Below the pieces are notes generated by a model that was given only the letters and a program-made list of their open reading frames with translations, did not search any database and was not told the origin of the DNA. Shown here piece after piece: positions 18,942 to 27,627 of a stretch of DNA of 56,410 bases (positions are counted from its first letter, which is position 1; each line of letters opens with the position of its first letter). Position numbers and translations under genes: made by a program. This stretch comes from a virus: IMG/VR virus record IMGVR_UViG_3300009446_000002, positions 1-56,410 of that record. One strand, given 5' to 3'.

Positions 18942-18954
18942 TATTATTTGTAAA
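18942..18954 (+). promoter_or_regulatory. Promoter-like element TATTATTTGTAAA (near-match to TAnnTTTG)
   Basis: Shares ATTTGTAAA with the box at 30795-30806. Both lie downstream of a terminator followed by TTTTTTACGTTAT. Confidence 0.25.
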
Positions 18955-19037
18955 TATTATTAGGAATTTACAGATATAGTCGTTATAATTGTAATAGAAA
19001 GCAATAGCGCTTATATAACTTAGCATAAATAAACACG

Positions 19038-19066
19038 AACCAGGGCTTCCGTCCTGGTTATTTTTA
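19038..19066 (+). terminator. Second hairpin plus T-run (terminator or attenuator) just upstream of 19088
   Basis: 8-bp stem AACCAGGG with TCCTGGTT, followed by ATTTTTA. Confidence 0.55.
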
Positions 19067-19087
19067 TAACCTATAATAATTAAAAAA

Positions 19088-19996
19088 ATGGAAGGAACAG
19101 ATTTTAGAAAAAAGGGCTTCGGGTCTTCCGATGCTTCCTGGATTTATCACTTTGCGCTTACAGGTTCGCTTTCGCAGAACGCCCTTCGACGGATAGCACA
19201 GATTAAAGGCTTAGTCGAAGGAATAGAAATAAGCGTTCCGCAGATGCGCTTAGGATTAGATGTAGAAGACAGGCTAACAGATTGTCTTTTAGAAAGTGAT
19301 TCTACAGTAAAAAATAATCCTATTTACTACGGCGCGGAATTCGATAATTTTACGACTTATAACCATATCGACTATACGACTTCTAAAGAATGGATAGAAC
19401 TTAAATCTACTATTAATTCGATCGAAAAGGAAGAAGAATCTTATAAGGAGCAGAACGCCTGGCACTTTATGATTAAGAAATACAATGGAATTAAGCTTCC
19501 GCTTTTCTTATATCATTACGACACTAAAGGCTTAAGCGAATCTTCGTTTAATGATATAGAAGAAGAAAGAATTACCAGGATGCAATTAGAAGAAATTTAT
19601 TACGCCCCTATAATTATACAGTTAGAAAAAGGCTTAAGAGAATTAAACGAATTCTGGGATTCTTTCGACTTTATAGAAATGAAAACCTGGTCGATGAACG
19701 CGCAGGAAGTTAAGGAAGTCGAAGCTATGGTAGTTTTAAACGACTATCTAAGAAATATTAAGGATATTGAAAAACAGATAGATAAGACGAAAGAATCGCT
19801 TCTTATGTCTATGGAAGATAAAGGAATAAAGTCTATAAAAACGCCCCTGTTTAATATTAGCTATACGGGACCAACAAAACGAAAAGGTTCTTTCGATATG
19901 AAAAAACTGCAGATAGAATTCCCAGACGTTAGATTCGATGACTACAGAAAGGAGCCTTCGCCAGTAAAGGCTAATATCAAAATACAACTTAAATAA
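19088..19996 (+). CDS. YqaJ/lambda-Exo-like PD-(D/E)xK exonuclease
   Basis: N-terminal KGFGSSDASWI matches the YqaJ GGSD-type motif. HIDYTTSKEWIELKS fits a D...E.K active site. Paired with an annealing-protein gene. Confidence 0.65.
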   Translation: MEGTDFRKKGFGSSDASWIYHFALTGSLSQNALRRIAQIKGLVEGIEISVPQMRLGLDVEDRLTDCLLESDSTVKNNPIYYGAEFDNFTTYNHIDYTTSKEWIELKSTINSIEKEEESYKEQNAWHFMIKKYNGIKLPLFLYHYDTKGLSESSFNDIEEERITRMQLEEIYYAPIIIQLEKGLRELNEFWDSFDFIEMKTWSMNAQEVKEVEAMVVLNDYLRNIKDIEKQIDKTKESLLMSMEDKGIKSIKTPLFNISYTGPTKRKGSFDMKKLQIEFPDVRFDDYRKEPSPVKANIKIQLK

Positions 19997-20011
19997 CCTA
20001 AAATTTTTACA

Positions 20012-20860
20012 ATGTCACAAAATGAAAATAATAACGCGGCTCCTGCGAACCCTACGGAAGAAGTTAATAGCAGACAAGATTTTAAAGCAATGTACGAAGC
20101 CGCTGCAGCAAAGATCGAAAAGCTAAAAGCTTCTGGAAAAGCATTAATAGAAAAGAATTTAGAACTTACGCAATACGACAGCATAAGAGAACGCGAAGCA
20201 ATTCTTAGGCACGACTTAAGAGTAGCGAAGGAATTCGCAGATTCTGGGGTCTTTGGAAAGAATAGAAACGCCCACGAAATTTATACTATAATGAAAGCTG
20301 GCGAAGAAATAGGACTTACGCCTATTCGAAGTATTACGACACTTTATTCTATTAATGGAAGAATAGAGCCGCACAGCGCAGGAATGATCGCAATACTAAC
20401 GGAAAAGAACTATGTTCCTACTTACGTAGATTCTAACGACGGAAATGTAGAAACCTGTACAGTAACAATTACTTCACCAGAAGGTAAAGTATATGTAGAA
20501 GAAGTTAGGGCGGACGACTCAATATTAGTCGGAAACTTAGAAAAAGGCGGAAATAATAAGGGTTCGAATGCGCTTAAAATTTCTTCGGAACATAAGCTTC
20601 GATTCCACGGAATAAGGAAAATATTAACTTTCCATCTTCCGCACCTTATGAAATCAGTTTCTACAGACTATAGTTCTGTAGAAAATTCTTCTTTCGCCGC
20701 TAAAATAGAAGCGATAAAAGGAAATTATAATCCAGCTTCTTCTACTAAGATCGAAGGCGAAAGCGCTACAGTAAACATAATCGACGAACCAATAGCAGAC
20801 GCCGAAGTAGTAGAGGAAAGAATCGGAATAGTCCAGCAGGCGAAAGATTTATTCGGCTAA
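20012..20860 (+). CDS. Single-strand annealing protein, RecT-like
   Basis: Lies directly downstream of the exonuclease. The core GEEIGLTPIRSITTLYSINGRIEPHSAGMIAIL resembles a RecT/Bet-type core. Family assignment is tentative. Confidence 0.45.
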   Translation: MSQNENNNAAPANPTEEVNSRQDFKAMYEAAAAKIEKLKASGKALIEKNLELTQYDSIREREAILRHDLRVAKEFADSGVFGKNRNAHEIYTIMKAGEEIGLTPIRSITTLYSINGRIEPHSAGMIAILTEKNYVPTYVDSNDGNVETCTVTITSPEGKVYVEEVRADDSILVGNLEKGGNNKGSNALKISSEHKLRFHGIRKILTFHLPHLMKSVSTDYSSVENSSFAAKIEAIKGNYNPASSTKIEGESATVNIIDEPIADAEVVEERIGIVQQAKDLFG

Positions 20861-20908
20861 AATAAGGTCTGCGTTTAATTGAGACGAAACACATTCCAAC
20901 AGCAGAAC

Positions 20909-20940
20909 GCCGAAGCCCAGAACAGAGCTTCGGCTGTTTT
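20909..20940 (+). terminator. Rho-independent terminator
   Basis: Perfect 8-bp GC-rich stem GCCGAAGC with GCTTCGGC, a 10-nt loop, then TGTTTT. Confidence 0.7.
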
Positions 20941-20965
20941 AAACAACTGTTGAAAACCCTGTTAA

Positions 20966-20973
20966 TAACTTTG
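20966..20973 (+). promoter_or_regulatory. -7 promoter box TAACTTTG, 6 nt before an ATG (21-codon mini-ORF 20979-21044)
   Basis: Exact TAnnTTTG in the largest intergenic region. Confidence 0.3.
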
Positions 20974-20986
20974 TTATTATGCTAAG

Positions 20987-20995
20987 TTATCCACA
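20987..20995 (+). promoter_or_regulatory. Perfect DnaA-box 9-mer TTATCCACA
   Basis: Exact consensus read in the sequence. A single copy could occur by chance. Confidence 0.25.
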
Positions 20996-21186
20996 CAAAA
21001 GCGCAGTAATTATTTTACTTATTGTTGAAAAACTAAGTTTATAAACATTTTCTAGTAATTATTAACAATGTTTTAAACAGGTAGAATTCTTTTATTTATA
21101 GGCACTTAGGTAACTTATCAACAGTTTACACATAACTAATAATAACTGTTCAAAATTTAATTCAAATCACTAAAACTATTACACAG

Positions 21187-21561
21187 ATGCAAAATGTTGA
21201 AAACGTACAAAAAAGAAAAGAAAACTTAAACTTTAGATTTAGACAGAATTCTTATTTCCATTCTGTCATAGATACTAATAAATTAAACAAAGCAGTTCTT
21301 AAGCTTCGCGCAATTACCAGCAGAAACTTAGCGAAGGAAATATTTTCGCTTTTGGAAAGAGACGGAAGAATGAACCAAACAGAAATAATAATAAGGCTTA
21401 GGGATTTTGACCAGCCACAAGTAGCCGAAAATTTAAGAAGGCTTTCGCTTACTGGTTGGATTAAAGTAGAGCGCAAAGGGAAGTTTAAATTCTACCAGGT
21501 AGACTTAGAACATAGTAGAAAAGTAAATGATTCTTTAAATAAATTCTTTTATGAAAAGTAG
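21187..21561 (+). CDS. Winged-helix (ArsR/MarR-like) transcriptional regulator
   Basis: LAKEIFSLLERDGRMNQTEIIIRLRDFDQPQVAENLRRLSLTGWIKVERKGKFKFYQV has a typical wHTH layout. An iteron overlaps its first codons. Confidence 0.65.
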   Translation: MQNVENVQKRKENLNFRFRQNSYFHSVIDTNKLNKAVLKLRAITSRNLAKEIFSLLERDGRMNQTEIIIRLRDFDQPQVAENLRRLSLTGWIKVERKGKFKFYQVDLEHSRKVNDSLNKFFYEK

Positions 21562-22069
21562 AAATTTAGCTTTTAGGGGTCGAATAGATTTAGAAGGAAA
21601 TTTAGTTCTGGCTAATTATACACGCCAGCAGATGAAAATACAATTTCGCGAACGATTCAAAGACACAGAAGTAAAAATAATAGTTCGTAAAGACCACCTT
21701 CCGAAAACTGGCGATCAGTTAGGCTATTTTTTCGGCGTAATAATACCCTGGATAATGTACGGAATGATTCTGCAAGGAACAGAGATTCAGATCGACAACG
21801 ACGAAGACGAAAAGGAAGTTATTAAGTTTCTGAAAGAAAAGTTCTTAGATAACGGAATCGAATTTATTTTAGAAGGCGGACTTATAGAAAAAGGTCCGCC
21901 GTCTATTGCCAGGGCAGACATAGACCAGAAGTCTAATCTTATCGAAAAATCTATACGCTTCGGAAATGAATTTTTAGGACTTATTATTCCAGAACCAAAT
22001 AGAGGTAAAAGGAAGAACGTAAAAAAGGAACTAATTAAACGCCTGGAAGAAAAAAATAACTTTAAATGA
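21551..22069 (+). CDS. Hypothetical protein (weak NinB-like resemblance)
   Basis: 172 aa, lying upstream of a NinG-like gene. KTGDQLGYFFGVIIPWI is only loosely NinB-like. Confidence 0.5.
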   Translation: MKSRNLAFRGRIDLEGNLVLANYTRQQMKIQFRERFKDTEVKIIVRKDHLPKTGDQLGYFFGVIIPWIMYGMILQGTEIQIDNDEDEKEVIKFLKEKFLDNGIEFILEGGLIEKGPPSIARADIDQKSNLIEKSIRFGNEFLGLIIPEPNRGKRKNVKKELIKRLEEKNNFK

Positions 22070-22710
22070 AAAGAACAGGAATAAATTTAGGAAGGGAAAA
22101 AGAATATGTCTGCGGATATTGTGGCGAAAAATATTCTTCTACTGTTCGCGCTAATGCTGCGCGTAAACCAGTAAATAAAAAGAAGCCCTGCGGAAAAGAA
22201 AAATGTAAAGATCAATATTTCGCGGATTTATACGGAAAGAATAAAGAGTCGAAAAAAGGCTTAAATCCATTTACGAAAAGTCGTTCCGAAAAATCTAATT
22301 TAGAAGCAGAACTACAGCACATAATTTCTAAAATAGTAATGAAGTTAGACGAAAACTTTAACTGCTTAGCTGGAAGTAAGGGCAGGGAATTCGAAGCAGG
22401 ACACGTAATACCCGTCGCCGTAAATGTAGCCTTTCGTTTTAATGTCTGGAATATCCATAAACAGGAAAAATATTCAAATAGAAGGCGCGAAGATGAAGAA
22501 ATGCAGAATGGCTTTATAGATCGGTATAGCTTAGAAATTTGGAACGAACAAATAAGAGAAGCTATTAAGAAATATAGGATTCTTAAGCTATCAAAGCCCG
22601 AACTGCGCGAATATATTAAAAACGCGAAGGACGTTCTTCGGCTCCTAAATGAAGGGCGAATTTTAAGCCGCACAGAAATAAATAATAAAATTGGTATATA
22701 TTTGCAGTAA
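22066..22710 (+). CDS. NinG/Rap-like recombination-associated protein
   Basis: N-terminal CGYCGEKY...PCGKEKCKDQYF and EAGHVIPVAVNVAFRFNVWNIHKQ resemble the NinG C..C...C..C and aGH...lRf...N motifs. Confidence 0.5.
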   Translation: MKRTGINLGREKEYVCGYCGEKYSSTVRANAARKPVNKKKPCGKEKCKDQYFADLYGKNKESKKGLNPFTKSRSEKSNLEAELQHIISKIVMKLDENFNCLAGSKGREFEAGHVIPVAVNVAFRFNVWNIHKQEKYSNRRREDEEMQNGFIDRYSLEIWNEQIREAIKKYRILKLSKPELREYIKNAKDVLRLLNEGRILSRTEINNKIGIYLQ

Positions 22711-22750
22711 CACCGTTCGACATTCGGTTATTATTTAGGTTATAAAGGAA

Positions 22751-22781
22751 GTAAGTCTGGATTCGTTCGGGCTTACTTTTT
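22751..22781 (+). terminator. Hairpin plus T-run terminator
   Basis: GTAAGTCTG pairs with CGGGCTTAC (with G-U pairs), followed by TTTTT. Confidence 0.45.
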
Positions 22782-22795
22782 AGTAAAAAAGTTTA

Positions 22796-23113
22796 ATGAA
22801 AAAAATTAACCAGGCTTTTCGAATCACTAAAAATATTAAGCTGGTTATTTTAATGCACGATTTAAAAATACAGGAAGTTCTTAATTCCGAAATTGATCGA
22901 CTATACATTAATAAAAAACTGGCATTTAATCACGCGACAGGCGCGACTTCCCAATATAAAAGAATAAAGAAAAAAGTTTTTACCCAAAGACCTATTACAA
23001 AAAGACGCAAAGAAAAATTAGAAGAATTAGCCTTACGTTATGAAATAGTAGCTTCTAAACTTTGTACCCTAATTTTATTCCACTTCGCTAAAAGTTTACA
23101 AAATGGAACTTAG
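22796..23113 (+). CDS. Hypothetical basic protein
   Basis: 105-aa ORF. No motif recognised. Confidence 0.45.
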   Translation: MKKINQAFRITKNIKLVILMHDLKIQEVLNSEIDRLYINKKLAFNHATGATSQYKRIKKKVFTQRPITKRRKEKLEELALRYEIVASKLCTLILFHFAKSLQNGT

Positions 23114-23555
23114 ACACCAGCTAATTTTTACAGCGCTGCAGGACTTTGGACTTTCCGAAATAGAAGGACCAGATTCGAACGAATTTATTCTTAAGCTAAT
23201 AAAGAAACACCTTCCGCACGTAAAGGACGACAGTCGTGCTGCCTGGTGCGGAATAATAATGGCTTACTGGCTTAATAAGTTAGGAATAGAGATTCCAAAG
23301 AAGCCTACTGTGGCCAGAAACTTTTATAATCAATTAGAGCGCTACGAATCTATAAAAGATTATAAGGACTTAAAATTCGGCGATATCGTTGTATTTTGGC
23401 GCGAAAGCCTTTCTTCCTGGAAAGGTCATGTAGGCTTAGTAATTGCTACAGACGAAAATAGAATTTTAGTCCTGGGCGGAAACCAGAACAATAGGGTTTC
23501 AATTAAATGGTATTCCGCAGCGCGTTTTATCGGCGGAAAAAGAATAAGTCAATAA
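23103..23555 (+). CDS. Endolysin candidate, TIGR02594-like NlpC/P60-CHAP cell-wall hydrolase
   Basis: LSEIEGPDSN...AAWCG (Cys)...GDIVVFWR...WKGHVGLV (His)...LGGNQNNRVS matches the TIGR02594 family pattern. Confidence 0.7.
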   Translation: MELRHQLIFTALQDFGLSEIEGPDSNEFILKLIKKHLPHVKDDSRAAWCGIIMAYWLNKLGIEIPKKPTVARNFYNQLERYESIKDYKDLKFGDIVVFWRESLSSWKGHVGLVIATDENRILVLGGNQNNRVSIKWYSAARFIGGKRISQ

Positions 23556-23566
23556 GATAGAATAAA

Positions 23567-25024
23567 TTGATAACGGCGAAAAGCAAAGCGGAAATACTTA
23601 ATAATTTAAGTAAGAGGGCAGAAAAAAGCAGAAAATCTTTTCATCATTTTTTTAAGGAATTCTTCGAAGTTGTATCTACAGAAAAACTTTCAGAAAATTG
23701 GTCCCAGAAAGTTCTTTGCGACGAACTACAGCTTTTAGGCGAATCTATTAGAGATCGTAAAGAGAAGCCGCACGACCTTTCTATAAATATTTCACCAGGA
23801 ACAGGAAAGTCTATTATTGCTTCGCAGCTTTTCCCTGTTTGGCTTTGGCTAATTGATCCGACGATAATTATTCTTTCTGGTTCTCATAACATAACCTTAG
23901 CTACAAAGAATTCAAGAAAGTCAAGGGACGTAATAGAGTCCGAAAAATTTTACTATTTATTCGGCGACGAAATAAAATTAAGGGACGACCAAAACACCGT
24001 TACACATTACGCGAACCAGAAGGGCGGCGAAAGAATAACTACTGCAGTAAGTTCTAAGCCTATTGGAGTTCACGCGCACATTCATATTATAGACGACCCA
24101 ATAGACCCAGAAGGCGTTCTTTCGGAAGCTGTTTTAAGTAAGACAAATAGATTCTTTCCAGACGTATTGGATACCAGGAAAGTAAACGAATTAATTACGC
24201 CCTTAGTTTTGATAATGCAGCGCCTACACGAAAACGACCCTTCTGCTTATATCGCTAAAAAATATCCTAATGTAAAGCAGTTAGTTTTTCCAGTTACTAC
24301 AGACTATAAAGTCGTTCCTTCGAAATACAAGCGGCGATATATTGGCGGATATTTTGACCCAATTAGATTGGGTAAAAAAGCGATAGACGCGAAGAAAAAG
24401 AAAATGTCTTCTATTCAATTTACGGCGCAGTTTGGGCAGTCGGCAACTGCACCAGAAGGAAATATTCTTAAGAAGAAAATGGTCCACGTAATTAACAGGG
24501 CGGACGTTCCTGTCCAGGTCTTCGGAAAAGAATCGGGATTCTTCGGAGACATGGCATATACTAAGAAAAAGAAGAACGACCCTTCTGGACTTTTAGAAGT
24601 AAAGCTATACAAAGACATTCTTTACATTTGGGATTTTAAGAAGTTCTGGGAAGAATTCGACGAAGCAATAGAAGAAGCCCGAAGCTGGCTAATAGAAAAA
24701 GACGAAGAAAAGTCTTCTTTCTATATTGAAAATAAGGCTTCTGGTTTGTCGATCGGTCAGCACTTAAGGACGACTTACAAAATGAATACTATAGACTATA
24801 CACACCCTGGCGGCGATAAGGAAGCGCTGCTTCGATTTATACTTAAGTATTTAGAGTCTGGGCGCGTAGTTTTCGTAAAAGGAAATTACTTAAGCGACTT
24901 CCTAAAAGTTCTTCTTTCATTCCCAAGGGTTTCACACGATGAAGAAGTAGATTGCCTTATTATGGCAGTCTTTACCTGTATAATTGAATTCGAAGGAGCA
25001 GGGCGCGAAGCTAAGGCGAGTTAG
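23567..25024 (+). CDS. terL: Terminase large subunit
   Basis: Walker-A-like SPGTGKS, Walker-B-like HIHIIDDPIDP, LIMQRLHENDP, and a C-terminal nuclease-like FYIENKASG...DEEVDCL. TTG start. Confidence 0.85.
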   Translation: MITAKSKAEILNNLSKRAEKSRKSFHHFFKEFFEVVSTEKLSENWSQKVLCDELQLLGESIRDRKEKPHDLSINISPGTGKSIIASQLFPVWLWLIDPTIIILSGSHNITLATKNSRKSRDVIESEKFYYLFGDEIKLRDDQNTVTHYANQKGGERITTAVSSKPIGVHAHIHIIDDPIDPEGVLSEAVLSKTNRFFPDVLDTRKVNELITPLVLIMQRLHENDPSAYIAKKYPNVKQLVFPVTTDYKVVPSKYKRRYIGGYFDPIRLGKKAIDAKKKKMSSIQFTAQFGQSATAPEGNILKKKMVHVINRADVPVQVFGKESGFFGDMAYTKKKKNDPSGLLEVKLYKDILYIWDFKKFWEEFDEAIEEARSWLIEKDEEKSSFYIENKASGLSIGQHLRTTYKMNTIDYTHPGGDKEALLRFILKYLESGRVVFVKGNYLSDFLKVLLSFPRVSHDEEVDCLIMAVFTCIIEFEGAGREAKAS

Positions 25025-25052
25025 AACAAATTAAGAAAATAAAAATTTATCC

Positions 25053-25060
25053 TATCTTTG
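25053..25060 (+). promoter_or_regulatory. -7 promoter box TATCTTTG, 5 nt before ATG 25065
   Basis: Exact TAnnTTTG. The same octamer occurs at 43748 and 44337. Confidence 0.35.
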
Positions 25061-25064
25061 AAAC

Positions 25065-26024
25065 ATGAAAACTTTAATTACTATAATTGTCGCTACTGTT
25101 TTAGGGCTTTCTGCAATGCCAGGCGACACAGACCAAAGAAGGAAAAAATATCGAATAGAGCAGGATATTAATAAACTTCCTTTCACTTACAAAAATATGA
25201 TTTACAATATAGACGCCGCCGTAGAAGGTGGAGCCTATATTTTTTCCGACGAAGCCTTAGCTGCTTTTTCTTCTACTTCGTGCGAATCTTCCTGCCACGT
25301 TAAAGGAAATCATTTAGCACCTAAAGGAATACAAGCAGGAACAGGAACTTACACAGACGAAAATGGAGTAAGACGAAGGGCAGAATACTTTCCTAAAGAA
25401 TTTATAGTAGATGCACCTAAAATAAATTCGCCGCAGGTAGAAAACAGCGTTTACAGAAAAAGAGTTTTACACGACTGTATTACAGATTTAACAGGGCAGG
25501 CTTCCGAGCAGTTCGGATTTTTTGCGCACGACCTGGACTGGACTTCTGTTCGAAATAATCCAGTATATAAAAATTATATGGCTATCATATTTGGCGACGA
25601 CGAAGTAACTGCTTTAAGGATAACTATTCTTTTAGTGACTTTTGAAGAATCCGTAGTTTCCAGAAATCAACCTTTTCAGCTTTGGGCGAACGGTAAAGAA
25701 ATGGATAAAAATTTCTACGACTGGCTGGACTTATTCGAAGCAAACTGCGAAAGCTGCCACAACGGAAAAGACTTAGGCGGCGAAGGTCTTATTATGGGAA
25801 AAGTAGTAGCTAAGACTGGAACAGATTTAAGCTTCCTTAGAAGTAAAGAAGTCGCTGTAAGATCAGTTTATAATAACGACGCTTTTGATAAATACGGCTG
25901 GACTGGTTCTTATTCTTCCCTTTGGGCTTTTTATAAAAAGCATTTACAAAACGAAGAAATCTATTTATCTGTAATTGAACGAAGAAGGCTTTACGCAGGA
26001 ATTAAAAAATACTTAAACGATTAA
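25065..26024 (+). CDS. Exported dihaem cytochrome-c-peroxidase (CCP/MauG)-like protein, divergent
   Basis: Signal peptide. IFSDEALAAFSSTSCESSCH (CxxxCH) and LFEANCESCHNGKD (CxxCH) sit at CCP-like spacing. The linker ITILLVTFEESVVSRNQPF resembles CCP i..AiaaFErtl....spfD. Confidence 0.6.
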   Translation: MKTLITIIVATVLGLSAMPGDTDQRRKKYRIEQDINKLPFTYKNMIYNIDAAVEGGAYIFSDEALAAFSSTSCESSCHVKGNHLAPKGIQAGTGTYTDENGVRRRAEYFPKEFIVDAPKINSPQVENSVYRKRVLHDCITDLTGQASEQFGFFAHDLDWTSVRNNPVYKNYMAIIFGDDEVTALRITILLVTFEESVVSRNQPFQLWANGKEMDKNFYDWLDLFEANCESCHNGKDLGGEGLIMGKVVAKTGTDLSFLRSKEVAVRSVYNNDAFDKYGWTGSYSSLWAFYKKHLQNEEIYLSVIERRRLYAGIKKYLND

Positions 26025-26033
26025 ATAAAAAAT

Positions 26034-26720
26034 ATGTCACGAACAAAAGCAAAATTAGCAGACATGGCTTTAGAGTTCTACACAGAACTTTATAAGTCAT
26101 CTAACGAACTGGGGTCTTTTACTGCAGCAAACGAAACAGAATCTTTAATTCGAAGATTTTTTAATGACGCACCTTTTTCAGTAAGTGCGGAAATTCAAAA
26201 AGTAAAAGACGGAACTAAGAAAAATTCCGTAACAATGGAAGCGGCTAACTCTAAAATAGTTCCTACTAATCTTAGAGGAAATAAAGTAGAATACGAATCT
26301 ACAGACTTAACGGAAAAGGATTTTTTAGCCAGCGCGGCACGACTTTCGGGCGCGAATCGTGCTGCGGATAACGAACACCACTACGAAAAAGACGCGCACC
26401 TTAAAACATTCCAGAACCAAGGCGTAAGAACATTAGGGCAGGAAGATTTAGAAGAAGTAGAAGAATTAAAGGAAATCGAAGAACCAAACGTAGAGATAAC
26501 AGAAGAAGAACTGGAAAAACAAAAGCTTTTAGTTGCGCTTAACGATATGGAAGAACCAGAAATTCTTAAGCACTTTAAAAACTATAAAGCTGTAGTTCAA
26601 TACGCAAAGCAAAACTTCGAAGTAGAAATCGGAAAGAAAGCAGAAGGCGGCTTAGAAATGTTTAAAGAATCAGTAAGGGCGCAGCTATTAAAGCTTCAAA
26701 ATGGAGAAGAAGAAGAATAG
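26034..26720 (+). CDS. Hypothetical acidic protein
   Basis: 228-aa ORF. No motif recognised. Confidence 0.55.
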   Translation: MSRTKAKLADMALEFYTELYKSSNELGSFTAANETESLIRRFFNDAPFSVSAEIQKVKDGTKKNSVTMEAANSKIVPTNLRGNKVEYESTDLTEKDFLASAARLSGANRAADNEHHYEKDAHLKTFQNQGVRTLGQEDLEEVEELKEIEEPNVEITEEELEKQKLLVALNDMEEPEILKHFKNYKAVVQYAKQNFEVEIGKKAEGGLEMFKESVRAQLLKLQNGEEEE

Positions 26721-27627
26721 CAGAATAGTAGCAAAGGTCCAGGACCCGAAGACAGGAGAAATATTTCGAAAACTACTTCTTCCTGCTTCGGCCGCAGATA
26801 TAAGTTTCGAAAAGCGAGAAGAACTGTCTGGACACGCTGCCAGAATAAACAACTACTTAGTTAGTGTATTTAAGAAAAGAGAAAAGGAAGCGCGAAAAAT
26901 GTCTAAGCGCGAAGGAAAAGAAATAAAAGCCGAAGACCTTCCCTTATCACTTTATAAGCCTAAGTATTTAAAAATGGTTAGGGAAGCGATTTTCGCTTAT
27001 TTCGAAGTCCAGAACGATAAGATAAACTGGACTAAGAAAGTTCCTTCTGGCGATATGGAAGAACATTTAGATAAGTTTCGAAAATGGCAAAACGGAAAGC
27101 TTACTATTTCAATTCTGGGGTTATACGAATATCTTTTTACAGTTATTTTTTCTTACGAACCAATAGCAAAGGAAGACGGAAAGAACTTAGAATTCGAAGT
27201 AAACGGAACGACTTACGTTATTCCCTGTTTTATAGTAGACGAAGTTTTAAACAAAAAGAAGAACCCAGACTTAACGGTCCAGGAAAACGTAGAAGTTTTC
27301 GTAGTAGAGGACTATTACAATAAAGCAATAAAAGGAAGGAACGACGAAGAAGACTATAAGCAGGCGACAGGGCAAAGTATAAAAGGCTACAAAGTAAAGG
27401 CTGCGCTTTCCTACAAAAAGAACCTTAAGAAGATAGCTATTTTTTGCAGGAAGAAAGGCGAAGAATTACCAGACGACTATATAGCTTTTAATAAATTCGT
27501 AGACGATCGAATAAAGGAACTGGCTTCTATATCAATGCAGGATGCTTTAAACGCGCTTTTTTTTTTGCGGAATACCAGCGAAATCTTTCGGAAAATCCAG
27601 ACTGTAAATTCTACTTTACGCAAGTAA
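26701..27627 (+). CDS. Hypothetical protein (zero-frame product of a probable frameshift gene)
   Basis: 308-aa ORF. Contains a T10 run at 27557-27566, 20 codons before its stop. Confidence 0.6.
   Translation: MEKKKNSRIVAKVQDPKTGEIFRKLLLPASAADISFEKREELSGHAARINNYLVSVFKKREKEARKMSKREGKEIKAEDLPLSLYKPKYLKMVREAIFAYFEVQNDKINWTKKVPSGDMEEHLDKFRKWQNGKLTISILGLYEYLFTVIFSYEPIAKEDGKNLEFEVNGTTYVIPCFIVDEVLNKKKNPDLTVQENVEVFVVEDYYNKAIKGRNDEEDYKQATGQSIKGYKVKAALSYKKNLKKIAIFCRKKGEELPDDYIAFNKFVDDRIKELASISMQDALNALFFLRNTSEIFRKIQTVNSTLRK

Larger units (their letters stand above)
20948..21204. repeat. Array of TGTTGAAAA(C)-like iterons or operators
   Basis: Exact TGTTGAAAAC at 20948 and 21195. Variants at 20960 (TGTTAATAAC), 21023 (TGTTGAAAAAC), 21069 (TGTTTTAAAC) and 21147 (TGTTCAAAAT), plus an inverted copy at 21114-21123. 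Confidence 0.4.

Noticed and set aside
20987-20995. The DnaA box as firm evidence for an origin
   Set aside because: A single perfect 9-mer is expected by chance roughly once in every two genomes of this size when both strands are counted. It is reported only as context for the iteron region.
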